Of a DNA stretch of 64,000 nt, positions 13,177 through 25,361 are shown piece after piece (position 1 is the first letter of the stretch; each line of letters opens with the position of its first letter). The notes under the pieces were generated by a model. It was not told the origin of the DNA. It did not search any database and worked only from the letters and a program-made list of their open reading frames with translations. Where the stretch lies: positions 62,124,001-62,188,000 of the forward strand of contig NC_043001.1 of NCBI RefSeq assembly GCF_006345805.1. Reading direction: 5' to 3'. The position numbers were made by a program, and so were the translations under genes. This DNA comes from Octopus sinensis (Eukaryota).

Positions 13177-13960
13177 ACAATACGGCGGATGTCTAAAAAA
13201 ATTATGAGCATGCTCTTGATTGAGCTGCGGCTCTGTCATGCCTTCTTCGATCGTGGAAATTAAGGCTTCTTTCATTGAGACGACTGCTGCTTCGTCTGAG
13301 GGTCGTACCCGTAGACCAAACGCTCATCACCAGTGATGATCCTCGACATGAAGGATAGGTCATCAGCGGCACGCTGACGGAGATCTTGAATGACTTTGAC
13401 ACATGGTCTTTCTACTCAGAGGTCAGCAGGCGGGGGAGAAACTTGGCAGAAACACTCCGCATATTCAATTCAGACGTTAGGAGTGCCTACGCGGGCCCAT
13501 ATGGTAGACCAACAACATCAGCAATGGTGTTGATTGTTCTCCGATGATACTCATGCACAAGCTAATGAATTTTCTCCACATTTCCGGGTGTGACGCTCGT
13601 GGCAGGTCTTTTAGATCACTCCTCATCTTCCAGAGACATTCTTTCGCTTTTGAGGTGCTCGTGCCACTCGAAACATTGCCTCGTCGCCGTAAGCTTGCCT
13701 TAGTATGCTCAATGTCTCTGTAGCAGACTTCCCAGGTTTAACGCAAAATTTCACGTTGGCTCTTTCTTCCAACTTCTTGTCCATGACAAAATCGCAGACT
13801 ACAGTTTACACATGGTCATAAAACACAAATTTCACAACTTGCGAAGTAAACACAGCGATGTCACTTGTCACACTGCCTCATGAAGGTCATCGCTAGCTCT
13901 CACTGCACATGCAATCATGTGCTGTCATATGTTGCCGCGCCACAGAACTACCAGGAACGT
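13177..13960 (-). mobile_element. mariner transposon 5' half (HTH plus first catalytic D)
   Basis: ATG at 13784 reads MDKKLEERANVKFCVKPGKSATET, followed by SAKFLPRLLT, IITGDERLVYGYDPQTKQQS and SIKSMLII. Stops and frameshifts present. Confidence 0.9.
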
Positions 13961-14303
13961 TTCGATATATATATATGTAAGTATATATGTATGTGTGTGT
14001 ATGTGTGTGCGTGTGTATGTGTGTATGTGTGCGCGTGTGTGTCTGTATGTGTGTGTGTGTATTGAGACTTTGAATTCCTTTTATTTTCAAACTTTACCCA
14101 CTTAAGAATCGATTTTTCTTTCTTTTCTTCTTCCTCTCTTTTCTTATCTTTCCTATCCTACTTCCTAAAATCGACATCTTGAAAGGTCATCTATGAGAAA
14201 ATGTTTATTTACAAATATGTTGATTGGTATACAATGAGAAAGGAAGGAAGAAGAGAAAAAAGAAAAAATGCTTTGTAATGAAATTTCAATGGGTTGACCA
14301 CAT

Positions 14304-14371
<68 letters not shown>

Positions 14372-14372
<1 letters not shown>

Positions 14373-15301
14373 AAATAATATAAGAGAGTGGTCACTATAT
14401 GGCTCACTCTAGCACCAGTTAATCCAAAAGGTTTCAACCACAAAAATACATGTTTCCCATGAAAGTCAGTACGATTGTTAGCTCACACGGACAGGGCAAA
14501 TAAAAAATAACAAAAATACAGATTATTTTGGGACAATTGTTTCGCTATTAATGAATTAAATGTAATTTTACTTACAAAAAAATCCACTTGTAGCTCCACT
14601 TGTGCTAGAGTGAGCCATATAGTGACCACTCTCTTATATTTATTTTGTAAAAATATTATAATATATTATAAAATATTATAATAATCCAGGTTTCTCGGAG
14701 CACTAGGCCACTTGGTGTTGAATAGATATACTATTAAATTAGTATCTAATTCTCTCACCCTTATTAATTAATTATAATTATGCTGCATTTATTTCTAAAT
14801 GCTGTATTTGTTTTCCGTGAAGGTTTGGCGCGCTGTTAGTTGGGGCATTTGAATTATAACGTCGGATGTAATCAATTGAACCACACGCGTATTTATCGTT
14901 ATGGTAAAATCTGGCGTGTGATTGAGTGGATTTCATCCAGATAGTTTTGGCTGAGGAGCTACAAGTGGATTTTTTTGTAAGTAAAATTACATTTAATTCA
15001 TTAATAGCGAACAATTGTCCCAAAATAATCTGTATTTTTGTTATTTTTTATTTGCCCTGTCCGTGTGAGCTAACAATCGTACTGACTTTCATGGGAAACA
15101 TGTATTTTTGTGGTTGAAACCTTTTGGATTAACTGGTGCTAGAGTGAGCCATATAGTGACCACTCTCTTATATTTATTTTGTAAAAATATTATAATATAT
15201 TATAAAATATTATAATAATCCAGGTTTCTCGGAGCACTAGGCCACTTGGTGTTGAATAGATATACTATTAAATTAGTATCTAATTCTCTCACCCTTATTA
15301 A

Positions 15302-15310
<9 letters not shown>
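14372..15310. repeat. Local inverted plus direct duplication
   Basis: 14372-14597 is a near-perfect reverse complement of 14955-~15180. 14602-14776 is directly repeated at 15136-15310. Confidence 0.9.
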
Positions 15311-15369
<59 letters not shown>

Positions 15370-15459
15370 TATCCTTCCACAACGATAAAACTTGATTTGA
15401 CAAAAGATCTCGGGATTCTGTATGAATTGCAAGTTTCGGCCATGGCCAGCATTTCTGGT

Positions 15460-16075
15460 TCAAAGTGATGGACCCATCTCTCGTGACTATTCCCTCCAAA
15501 AAAGCTTCGCCTTCATCATAATAACGGTCGAGTAAGCATTGACAGATCTCTACACGATTGCACTTATTCGCTTCGGTAAGCTTTTTTGGCACCGTTCTTA
15601 CACAAACTTTATGGAAGGGGGAGCTTACTGAGGATGACTTTGTATGCAGAACCATGATTAATTTGCGAGAACATACCACCTTATCGATGACCACTCGTCA
15701 GTTCGCCAGAACCATATTTCGAGCTTGTTGAATCTTCACGTCAGTGGTGGAGGTTGATTGGTGTCCTCTCTTCTCTTCCTGTTTCGCACTTGTCCGGTAA
15801 TTTTTTAACTTTTCGATGCTCTTATATACACTTCTACGTGGTAGAGTGCTGTCACTGTATTGCACTGAAAACCTGCGATAAATTTCAGCCCTGAAACACC
15901 TTCTGACCAGAGAAATCAGATCACTGATCTCTGTTCTTCATTGGTGTACAATGTTAGCGGAGCGACCATATTTACTCTTTAACACAATAGGGAAATGTGG
16001 ACGGATCAAGGTCAAACCCCGGTTACGTAATCACAAGAATACTATCTTCTAGAAAGCGAACGCTGAAGGCTGTGC
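15460..16075 (-). mobile_element. mariner transposon 5' fragment (second family)
   Basis: ATG at 15969 reads MVAPLTLYTNEEQRSVI*FLWSEG. ORF 15302-15694 has FHKVCVRTVPKKLTE..RVEIC..LLDRY..EGEAFL..IVTRD. Confidence 0.85.
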
Positions 16076-16101
16076 GGCCAGCCTAAAGACAATTTGACAT
16101 G

Positions 16102-16133
<32 letters not shown>

Positions 16134-16735
16134 TGAGGGAAAAAAGAAAGGGACAGACAGACAATAGGCGACCTGGGTATACTCAGTATAGAAGACTCAT
16201 AGTAATGCTCAAAAAAATTTAACTTAAATTCCGAATTCTTCATGCAAGGCTAAAATTTCTATTAAAAAATCCAAATTGTACTGAAATGGGGATAGTAATG
16301 ACGTTGAAGACAGACTTGATATAAATTTATTTACATGGAGCACAAAAGAATACAGAATAAAAGTACAAAATAAGATAAAATATGTAATTTCAAAACTTGA
16401 CAGTTGTTTCAGTAAACCTGGGGTTACGTAATAATCATAATCATCATAAATTACAGATTTGCTAATCTTCCCTTGATATGGGAAGCCGAATTTATTGTAA
16501 TATTTTCATGTGACTGATTACCGATTACATACTCATGACATTTTGCACATTTCATCTACAATTTATGATTATTATGATTATTACGTAATTCCAAGCTTCC
16601 TGAAACAGAGGTCGAGATTTGAAACTATATATTTTCGTATTCTGTACATTTCTTCTGTATTTTTTATGCTCCATGTAAATATACTTGTAGCAAGCTTAAC
16701 TGTATTTATCTTCATTACTACCTCTGTCTTTCTTT

Positions 16736-16824
<89 letters not shown>

Positions 16825-16844
16825 GTGCATGTATGTGTATATAT

Positions 16845-19006
16845 ATCCTTAAATCCTTAAAAATGTTTTAGCTCGAAGGCCGCGGCCATGATGGGGCACC
16901 ACCGCTGAATGAGATACACTAATATGCGAATCCACCTCTGATACGTGGCACTTGATCAACAAGGGAGTTCGATGCTGCTGCCCGCATCTGCGTCTCCTGT
17001 CGTGAGGTAGGTTCATCTGGGACTCCCAACAAGAAGAGATCCAGTTTAGTTTTAAAGAAACCCACATCCACACCATGTAAGTCTCTAAGACATTTAGGGA
17101 GGATGTTAAAGAGCTGTGGTCCTCTGAAACCCAAGCTGTTGCAGTATCTGGACCTGTATTTTGATGGTGATGTTGGAATATTTGGCACCATGCAGTGGCG
17201 CCCCGTTCTGCGGTTACGGTAACTTTGAATGCCAAAGTTTGGGACAAGACCCTCCAGGATTTTCCAGATGTATATCACCGCATATCTCTCCGGCCTCCGC
17301 TCAAGGGAGAAGAGGTTTAATACTTTCAGTCTTTCCCAGTAGCTGATATTTTGCATTGAGACGATCTTCTTTGTGTAGCTTCTCTGAATTGCTTCGAGTT
17401 CTGCTGTTAGTTTTATATTGTGTGGTGACCATAGTTGGGAGCAGTAGTCCAAGCGGCTGAGGACGAATGTTTTCCAGAGGACCATCAGTGTCTCCTTCTC
17501 TCTTGTTCTGAAAGTTCGGAGAATCCATCCAGCTAGTCGTCTGCATTTTATCACCAGATTAGGAATATTCACTTGGAAAGATGCATCATTGCTCATGTCA
17601 ATGCCCAGGTCACGCACTGATTTTGACTCAGGGATTGCAATTCCTCCTGGGCCAGTGTATCCAGTCTGCACGTCGTTTACCTTTGTGTGCCGGTAGCGCA
17701 GGGCCTGGAACTTACCTGCGTTAAACTGCATGTTGTTGTCCTCAGCCCACCTGTATATTGTATCCAACTCCTGTTGCAGATGCGCAATATTTTCAGGGTT
17801 TTGTATTGTGTGGGAGACTTTTGTGTCATCTGCATAGCTAGCAAGGGTGGCCATCGTAGCAACTGAAGGCATGTCTGAAAGGGCCACTATGAACAGCAGT
17901 GGCTCCAAGACAGTGCCCTGTGGAACACCGCTTGTTATTTGTGTTTCCTTGGAGGTGGCTCCATTGCTCACAACTGCCTGTCTTCTGTCTTTTAGGAAGT
18001 TGTGCAGCCACTCTCCAAGTTTTCCGCCTATGCCGAGACCACGCAGTTTGTGACAGATCATACCATGGTCGACTTTATCAAAGGCTTTTGCAAAGTCGAG
18101 ATATATTACAGCCACATTTGAGCCATTTAGTAGCTGTATTAACACCCAGTCATAGTGTTGCAGGAGCTGTGTTAGGCAGCTTCTACCAGGTCGAAATCCA
18201 TGCTGGGTGTCAGTCAGCAAGTCATTTTCTTCAAGGAACATGATTAGTTTCTTGCGGACTATTCGTTCCATGACTTTCCTGATGTGTGAGGTCAGAGAGA
18301 TAGGCCTATAATTTTTAGCATCTGCTCTGCTACCTCCCTTATGGATAGAGCATATTACCCCCTCTTTCAATTTGACTGGGAGCTTACCACTTGCAAGAAA
18401 GCTCTGAAAAAGAAGCTGTAGCGGTTTTGCAAGGGCTCGTTTGCACGATTTGAGAAGGATCGCTGGGAATCCATCAGGTCCAGCAGCCGAGTTTGCGTTA
18501 ACCTCATCTATGGCTAGTGTGATATCATCATCTTCAATGTTGATGTACTCAATTTTTGCCTTTTTGGCTGCAGGTAAAGTGGCAAAGAATTCTTCTGGGT
18601 TGTTTACTTGCCTGTGTCCTAGAGGTGTAGTGAACACACTTTGGAATTGTTCGTTCAGTATTTCACTTATCCTCGTGGGATTTCCTGTGAGAGAGCCATC
18701 CTTTTGGAAGAGAGGTCCTATTCTCTGGTGCACTGTGGCTGTCTCTTTGACAAACTTAAAGAAAGCTTTAGGGCTTGATTTTATATTTTCTATTACCCAA
18801 GCTTCTTTATCTGCTCTCTCCTTTTCATGGGACTGATGCAGACTTTTCTCAATTTCCATTAGCATTCTCTCGAGCCGAGACTTCTCACCACTTTTGGTGT
18901 GCTTGCTCAGGCGGTTCGCAATCCTTGTCCGTCGTCTCATAAGAATCTTCCTTTCTCTAGGGATCCTGTTTTTATTTTTGTGTGTGCTGGCCCTGCACAC
19001 TGGGAC
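16845..19006 (-). mobile_element. CR1/L2-type LINE, 5'-truncated, young
   Basis: Uninterrupted RT ORF with NYRPISLTS, QHGFRPGRSCLTQL, YLDFAKAFDKVDH, SGVPQGTVL and YADDTK. It has a short 3' UTR and a (TAAGGAT)-type tail near 16845-16860, and its 5' end abuts a (CA)/(TA) tract. Confidence 0.92.
16919..19006 (-). CDS. LINE ORF2 reverse transcriptase (no endonuclease, no native start)
   Basis: About 690 open codons of ORF 16919-19156. The N-terminal ~50 aa of the listed ORF is microsatellite translation. Confidence 0.8.
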   Translation of the reverse strand, partial: VPVCRASTHKNKNRIPRERKILMRRRTRIANRLSKHTKSGEKSRLERMLMEIEKSLHQSHEKERADKEAWVIENIKSSPKAFFKFVKETATVHQRIGPLFQKDGSLTGNPTRISEILNEQFQSVFTTPLGHRQVNNPEEFFATLPAAKKAKIEYINIEDDDITLAIDEVNANSAAGPDGFPAILLKSCKRALAKPLQLLFQSFLASGKLPVKLKEGVICSIHKGGSRADAKNYRPISLTSHIRKVMERIVRKKLIMFLEENDLLTDTQHGFRPGRSCLTQLLQHYDWVLIQLLNGSNVAVIYLDFAKAFDKVDHGMICHKLRGLGIGGKLGEWLHNFLKDRRQAVVSNGATSKETQITSGVPQGTVLEPLLFIVALSDMPSVATMATLASYADDTKVSHTIQNPENIAHLQQELDTIYRWAEDNNMQFNAGKFQALRYRHTKVNDVQTGYTGPGGIAIPESKSVRDLGIDMSNDASFQVNIPNLVIKCRRLAGWILRTFRTREKETLMVLWKTFVLSRLDYCSQLWSPHNIKLTAELEAIQRSYTKKIVSMQNISYWERLKVLNLFSLERRPERYAVIYIWKILEGLVPNFGIQSYRNRRTGRHCMVPNIPTSPSKYRSRYCNSLGFRGPQLFNILPKCLRDLHGVDVGFFKTKLDLFLLGVPDEPTSRQETQMRAAASNSLVDQVPRIRGGFAY

Positions 19007-19018
19007 ATATATATACAT

Positions 19019-19126
<108 letters not shown>

Positions 19127-19699
19127 AACAGCAAAAAGATAAACATATATATACATATTCCTTTTGCTGTTTACCTTCTCTTAAATAATTTAATTTTACA
19201 AACAAATAAGTATGTCTGAATATTTTTAATTAACTGCGTGATACAAATAAAATACGTGTTTGCTATCAAGCAGGTTTATGCAAACTCTACCTTGCTTGAT
19301 GCAGTTAAATAAGAAATACTATTTCTCACTATTGTATTTTAAATTTTATGTGTAATTTTATATATTACATTCTATGTGATTGAAATATTATAATCGCAAT
19401 TGATAGTATTATAACTGTAATTTAAATATTCAATGCCTGAATTCTGTTTTATTTCAAATCAATATTCTCAGATTTCATGTTTTTCAAATATTAAAACATT
19501 ATTCAGAAAAGAGATGGCAAAATGTCTATTTGTTGTTTGTTGCTTGAGGGACGTTTTTTGTGACAGTAAGAGAGGTGGGGGATATCTATGTGTTTCAGAG
19601 GAGGGAATCACTTCTTTTTTCTTTCATCATCATCATCATCGTTGTTGTTGCTGTTATCTCATACATGCACAACAGATTAAACAATTGGAAAAGAAAAAT

Positions 19700-20770
19700 T
19701 CCAAACAAGTAACCTTAGATGCCAAAAACTCTCCCAAGTATTCTAGCTATTCCTAATAACACTATTTTCTGCAACGTTCATATCTTTAAGGATAGTTCTT
19801 GATGCACCTATAACTGCTGGGATACATTTTACCCGCTCTTTCCATAATCTCTGTAACTCAATGGCTAGGTCTTGGTACCTTATTATTTTATCTATACCTC
19901 TCATATTGACTTTCTCATCATTTGGGATTGTAAAGTCAATTATCTAGCACTTTCTATTCTCTTTGTATACTACGACAAAATCCGGTCTTCTAGCTTCTAT
20001 TATTATTTCTTACTTTCTAATAAGTTCCTACCATTTGTCAGTATGGTCAAATCCTAACTTTCTACACAACTCGCTATGGATTATCCTCCCTAGGTTGTCA
20101 TGTCTTTTCTTGTATTCTTTATGAACCAGCATGCTACATTCACTTACTATGTGAGTAATGCTTTCCTCTTTTGATTTGTATAACCTACATTGAGAATGTA
20201 CCTGGTTTTTGTCGATCTTGGCTTTTATCCAATTAATCCTCAATGCTTGATCTTGTGCTGCTACTAACAAACTTCCTTCTCCCTTTTCAGCCTTCTCTTG
20301 CCAGCCAGATAATCTTTCTTCTTTTTTCTGGTTTTTAACTTAATTTGGCTTTTTGGTTTCTCTATGCCCTACTGTGACTCTGGCAGCTCTTCATATACTT
20401 TCTTCACTATTACCTAAATAGGAGTCTATATCTACTCTAGCTAACTCCGCGCAGTCTTCTCTTGATATTACCCTCTTCCACCTCCCTTTCTAGGTAAGTA
20501 TAATCTTGCTCCTACTCCTGGGCGAAGTCTTCATTTCATATTGAGTTCTTCCGTCTAGATTTGGTAATTCATTATTTACCCAATCTACAAAAGCTGCTGA
20601 ATATCTAAGTAATAATACTGCCCAAGTATTTAAGCCTTCACTAGATTCGAACAATTAGCTTTAACTTCATTAGTTTCTTCACCTTTCTGATGTCCTCCTT
20701 CTCAATGTTCGTTTTCATTTCTATAGTTTAATACTTTGTCAGATTCTAATACTCCTAGATCCTTATAACT
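19700..20770 (-). mobile_element. R4/Dong-clade LINE 3' fragment
   Basis: LVAAQDQALR..CRL..EESITHIVSEC..EYKKRHD zinc-knuckle region followed by PD..D endonuclease remnants. Confidence 0.85.
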
Positions 20771-21803
20771 CTTTCCTTCTGGTTTTTGCTGCTGAAGTTG
20801 TTGAATGGATCTCTCCTGTTGCTCTTTCTGTTGATACTGTTGTTGTTTGGGTACTACTACTCTTGGCACTGGTGCTGTTGTTGGTGGTGGTGCTGCTGTT
20901 GTTGTTGTTTTGTTGTTGTGTTAGAAGTGTCTGCAGTAGCATGTTTTTTTTCTTTTTGCATGGGACAGTAAGCTTTTACAGGATTTGTTTCGCCACAATT
21001 GTGGAATCTAAGCTTACTGCCTTCTACTGATGTAAATAACTGTGTTCCATTAGTTAGGGTGATCAGAGCAGGGATGGCTTCGATACTAAGCAGATTGGCG
21101 TGAATCCAAAATTCCATGCACGTGCCTGGCCAACTCTCCTTTCTTATTTCGTGGACTTGCAGAATTTATGTTTTGTTCCCTATGCCATATAATATGGCTG
21201 CCACCAGCACAAGATGTTCCCTTCTGGTGGCACCTCCGCTACTTTATTTTGACCACCTTCTGACAGAAGTATATTGGAATCAGTCATAATTCCTCACTTT
21301 TGAAGGTTGTCGTCGCACTTTCTTTGGGCAATTCTTCAGTTGAGAACTTTGCCTCAACTATGCCAAAGTGGTGATGGTGGTGGTGGTGGTTGTAAGAATA
21401 GTGGTGAACGTCGTACTTGCATCATTTTTAATATATCTTACACGTCACTACTGTTGCTGCTTGCTACTGTTGTTGTTGCTGTCGTTGTTCCTGCTGCTGC
21501 TGTCTGTCTGTGCTTAGTCTCTCGACCACATCAACTAATGGTAGGAAAACAATCTCATAAAGGCTATTCCAGCAATATGAGAAGCCATATTGATATTTTT
21601 TGCTTTAAAATATTACAGTTGCAGTTTTAAATCTCAAATTCGCCCCTAAAGAGTGAATTATCGCCAGACCAGCTTGCCCCGCTTGCAGTGAGCTGGGTTA
21701 TTCAGTTAGCAAACCAACAAAATTTGGAATACCAACTAATAAAACAACAAATTTTAAAGAAAACTTATGAGCTACGAACAACCACCCACACCTTCCAAAC
21801 ACA

Positions 21804-21869
<66 letters not shown>

Positions 21870-21873
<4 letters not shown>

Positions 21874-22110
21874 GCTCTGGTGCACTGGTTCTTATGGCTT
21901 CTGATCTTAACTGATTGGAAGTGTTATCATGTACATTGCTTTATCTTGGTGTAAGAGATGGGCAACAACAAATATTCTGCTCAATACCACAGATATGATC
22001 GTCAGTAGTTTGACCGTAACCAGTTGAGAATGTCCGTTAGTGGCTAACAATATGTGCATCCCTGATCATGAGCAAGAGTAGTTAATAGCCATAAAACGGC
22101 TGATGTAAAT
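21870..22110 (+). mobile_element. Partial copy of an (AAT)n-flanked non-coding interspersed repeat
   Basis: Shares GGCTTCTGATCTTAACTGATTGGAAGTGTTATCATGTACATTG...AAATATTCTGCTCAATAC with 26622-27175 and 28785-29120. Confidence 0.8.
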
Positions 22111-23590
22111 TTAAGCACGCAATGTACATGCTTTAAATCGGTCGACGTAGTTATACGCCGCCTGATTTAGAACCTGTCGCTTGAGTTAGTACCGATCCAC
22201 CTGCGAACTGATAAGCCGACTGGATGTTTCATGTAAATATTTACGACCCGCTAGACTGGTCCTGTCACTCCAGTTCTGTCAACTTTGTCGTTGCGTCCTG
22301 TTTTGTTGAATTTACAGTCCTCACATCCTACAACTCCGGTTCCGTCAACTTCGTCGTCGCGTCCTGTTTCGTCGAATTTACAATCGTTGCGCCAAGCTCC
22401 ACTACCTCACCTGTTGTTTCTTCCGGTTCGGACGATGACTCGGAGATTGAGTGTTTTCCTAGTTCAGGATTAGATGATTCTGATAGCGATGGTGAATCAA
22501 AGGTACAGGCAGGCAGCAGTAAATGATTCTGGACAACAGAATGTCGTGTGACGAGCGAGAGAAATTTCGTCTGATGGCATGGGCTTAATGGTACGCCATT
22601 GGAAACCTTCCACGATTGACAAATAAAATATTCCAATATTTAGCGTACGAAACGAATGACTATGCTCCAGCATGTTAGACCCGAGCATGGCGGTAATTGG
22701 TTTCCAACCACAGGGGACAAAGTCAAAGTTCTGCTTGCCCTGCCGATACTGATGGGCACCGTGAAGAGACCGACCCAGTGTCATATTGGAATCAGGATCC
22801 AGCCACGTCGACATCTTTCTTTTCGGAAACAATGCCACATGATCGATTTTCGGCGCTTCTTCGAAATCTACATTTCAACTCAGGCGAGAATCAGGATGAA
22901 AGGCCACATAAAATACGTCCTGTCGTTGATGAAGTGGCTGAAAATTTCAGAATGGTATATGTACCCACACAGGACATTTGTACGGACAAGAGTTCGTGGA
23001 AATTCAAGACAAGGCTCTGATTCAAACAATACAACCCGATTAAACGTGCCCGCTTTAGGGTCAAGGTTTATAAAGTATGCTAGTCAAATGGCAGAGCCTG
23101 CACGTGGACTTACAAAATCTACACTGGTCAGGACAGATTGGATCTTCTGGTGTCAACTGATATCGTGTTGTCGCTGAATGAAATCTTGTTTGACAAAGGC
23201 TACAATATTTATATGGACAACTGGTTTTCCAGTCCAGATCTCTTCCTGAAGCTGCAGGAGAGGAGGACTAATGCCTGTGGGACTGTGAGGACGCACAGGA
23301 AAAACATGCCGCCCGATCTTCACAATGATAAAACTTCGAAAGGGGGAAACAGCATACCGATGCACCGATAATGGCATTTTCACTCTAATGTGACATGACA
23401 AGAAAAACGTCTGCATGTTATCCACAAGGCATTCTGCAAGCATGAAGGACCCTAGGAAACAAGATGCGGATGATAATGCCATAGTGAAACCGAGTGTAGT
23501 TGTCTCATACAATGAAGGAATGGGCGCAGGACTGGATTTAAGCCATAGGTAGGGACACTTCAAGTTCAGTGGGCCCCTTATACACAAGAA
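22110..23590 (+). mobile_element. piggyBac transposase relic (PGBD4-like family), 3'-truncated
   Basis: Acidic N-terminus SDDDSE..DDSDSD, then YWNQDP..DRFSALLRNLHF, KIRPVVD, YNIYMDNWFSSPDLF, ACGTVRTHRKNMP and KPSVVVSYNEGMG. Frameshifted. Confidence 0.88.
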
Positions 23591-24457
23591 TTACAATCTT
23601 AGAAAATTACCAAATTTAAATCTCAAAACCCATCTATTTCAAATAATTGAATTTGATAATTAGCAGAGAAAGTTTAAATAAATAACTGAAAATGTCGCTT
23701 TATAGATACACTTTTTCAAAATTTAAATTTTGTTTTTCACTCATCCACCTGCGGTATTTGATTTTTCCCTCATTGTGAAAAGTACAATGAAGGAGGAAAG
23801 ACTGGGGTAAGGTTTTTTTTCTTTTAATGTGAGTACATATGTTTCAGAATGTAGAATAAGATAACATGACAGAAAATTACGAAAAAGAAAAATAATTTTT
23901 GTGGTTGTTGTTGTTCCAAAACCATGATGAGTGTGTGTGAGATAGAGAGAGACAGAGAGACAGAGAGATATCAACATTTAAAATACATGGATTTTAAAAA
24001 GTCTTCTTTTAAAATGGCTTCGCTTCATTGTTTTGCAATGCGTGAAAAAATAAAAGCGAGGGAAACCCTGACAAAAACGAGGGAATTCAAACAGCTAGTT
24101 CCGAAAGTTTGCTTTTCCTATTTCAAGTAAGAGTAGGAGGCGTACAATGAGTAATATTTACTGCATTTTTTTACTTTGAAGAAAATCAATATTTTTTGCA
24201 AATGTTCACTACCTTGCCAAAACTATATCAGCAAAGTAAAGATCTTCTCTAAACGCAGTAAATCCTATAACATTTTCAGGACACTATTTCAGAAAATTAT
24301 CACTGTTCTCTTTGACCATATAAAAGACAAATTTATGCTGGAAAAATGGGTAAGTCAAAATAAATATGCCCTTCCAGTTCTCCAGAATTAAATTTGAAAA
24401 AAGAGACATACAGATAAACATCCATCTTTAGACATCAGAAAGGTAACAAAATTTAAA

Positions 24458-24549
24458 ATATCGTGGTCAAATGAAGGAGGATATCGAGGTCAAATGAAGG
24501 AGGATATTCTGGTCGAATGAAGGAGGATATCGTGGTCAAATGAAGGAGG
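24458..24549 (+). repeat. 23-bp tandem repeat, 4 copies
   Basis: ATATCGTGGTCAAATGAAGGAGG repeated four times with 1-3 substitutions. Confidence 0.95.
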
Positions 24550-24769
24550 ATTACATCTCTCAACAGCTAAAGGCATTCTTTTTCAGCTTTAGAATTATTG
24601 CATATATATTCAAATGTTTTATTAAATCGAAACTTTTTTTCTTTCTTATTATTTCCTATATTTTTCATCATTCTGATTTCCTATTATTTTCTCTCATTTT
24701 GCACCATTGCATCATCTTTGGGAGTATAAATTGGTCAGTATAGTTTACATAGTTGTTGAAGTTGAGAGA

Positions 24770-25250
24770 TTGAAACATAGGTGACAGATAATAGTTGGAT
24801 ATTGGTACAAGAAGCCAATTGATATGTATATTCAAAAGGACTATGGGAGATCAAACTAATATACCAAATTGGCTTGCTACAACAAGGACAAATCTTGTGG
24901 CCAAAAATGAAATCACCGAGATGGGAGAAAACTACAGGCACATTGCTTGCCTAAGCATTATGTACAAACTGTACGCAAGTTGCCTCAACCAATTCCTCCA
25001 GGACCTTTGTGAGTCAAACAACATTGTGACTGATGAACAGGCTGGTGGAAAGAAGGGAATGTGGAGATGTGCCAAACAACTTTTAATAAACAAAGCTGTA
25101 CTGTCTGAAGTAAGAAAACATCCTTAGAAAAACCCTTTTCATTTAAATGCCTGTGTTGTATTACATGAAGATATTTCGCTACCTCCCTCCACAAGCTTTC
25201 AGTCATACTGTAATATCTCTTATCTTTCACTCACCCCAAGACACTGAGTC
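24770..25250 (+). mobile_element. R4/Dong-clade LINE RT fragment
   Basis: IPNWL..ENYRHIACLSIMYKL..EQAGGKKG..QLLINK. Confidence 0.85.
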
Positions 25251-25291
25251 TGTCTTGGTAAGTGACTGTAACAAACATGCAGATTAAAAAC

Positions 25292-25339
<48 letters not shown>

Positions 25340-25361
<22 letters not shown>

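Noticed and set aside
16598-16636. CTGAAACA-GAGGTC-GA-GATTT-GAAAC motif next to a small inverted repeat
   Set aside because: Too many changes in the core and stem III to support a ribozyme call.
20857-21250. 86-aa minus-strand ORF as a host exon
   Set aside because: No recognisable domain or convincing splice sites, and its end runs into CAA/CAG-rich LINE-associated sequence.
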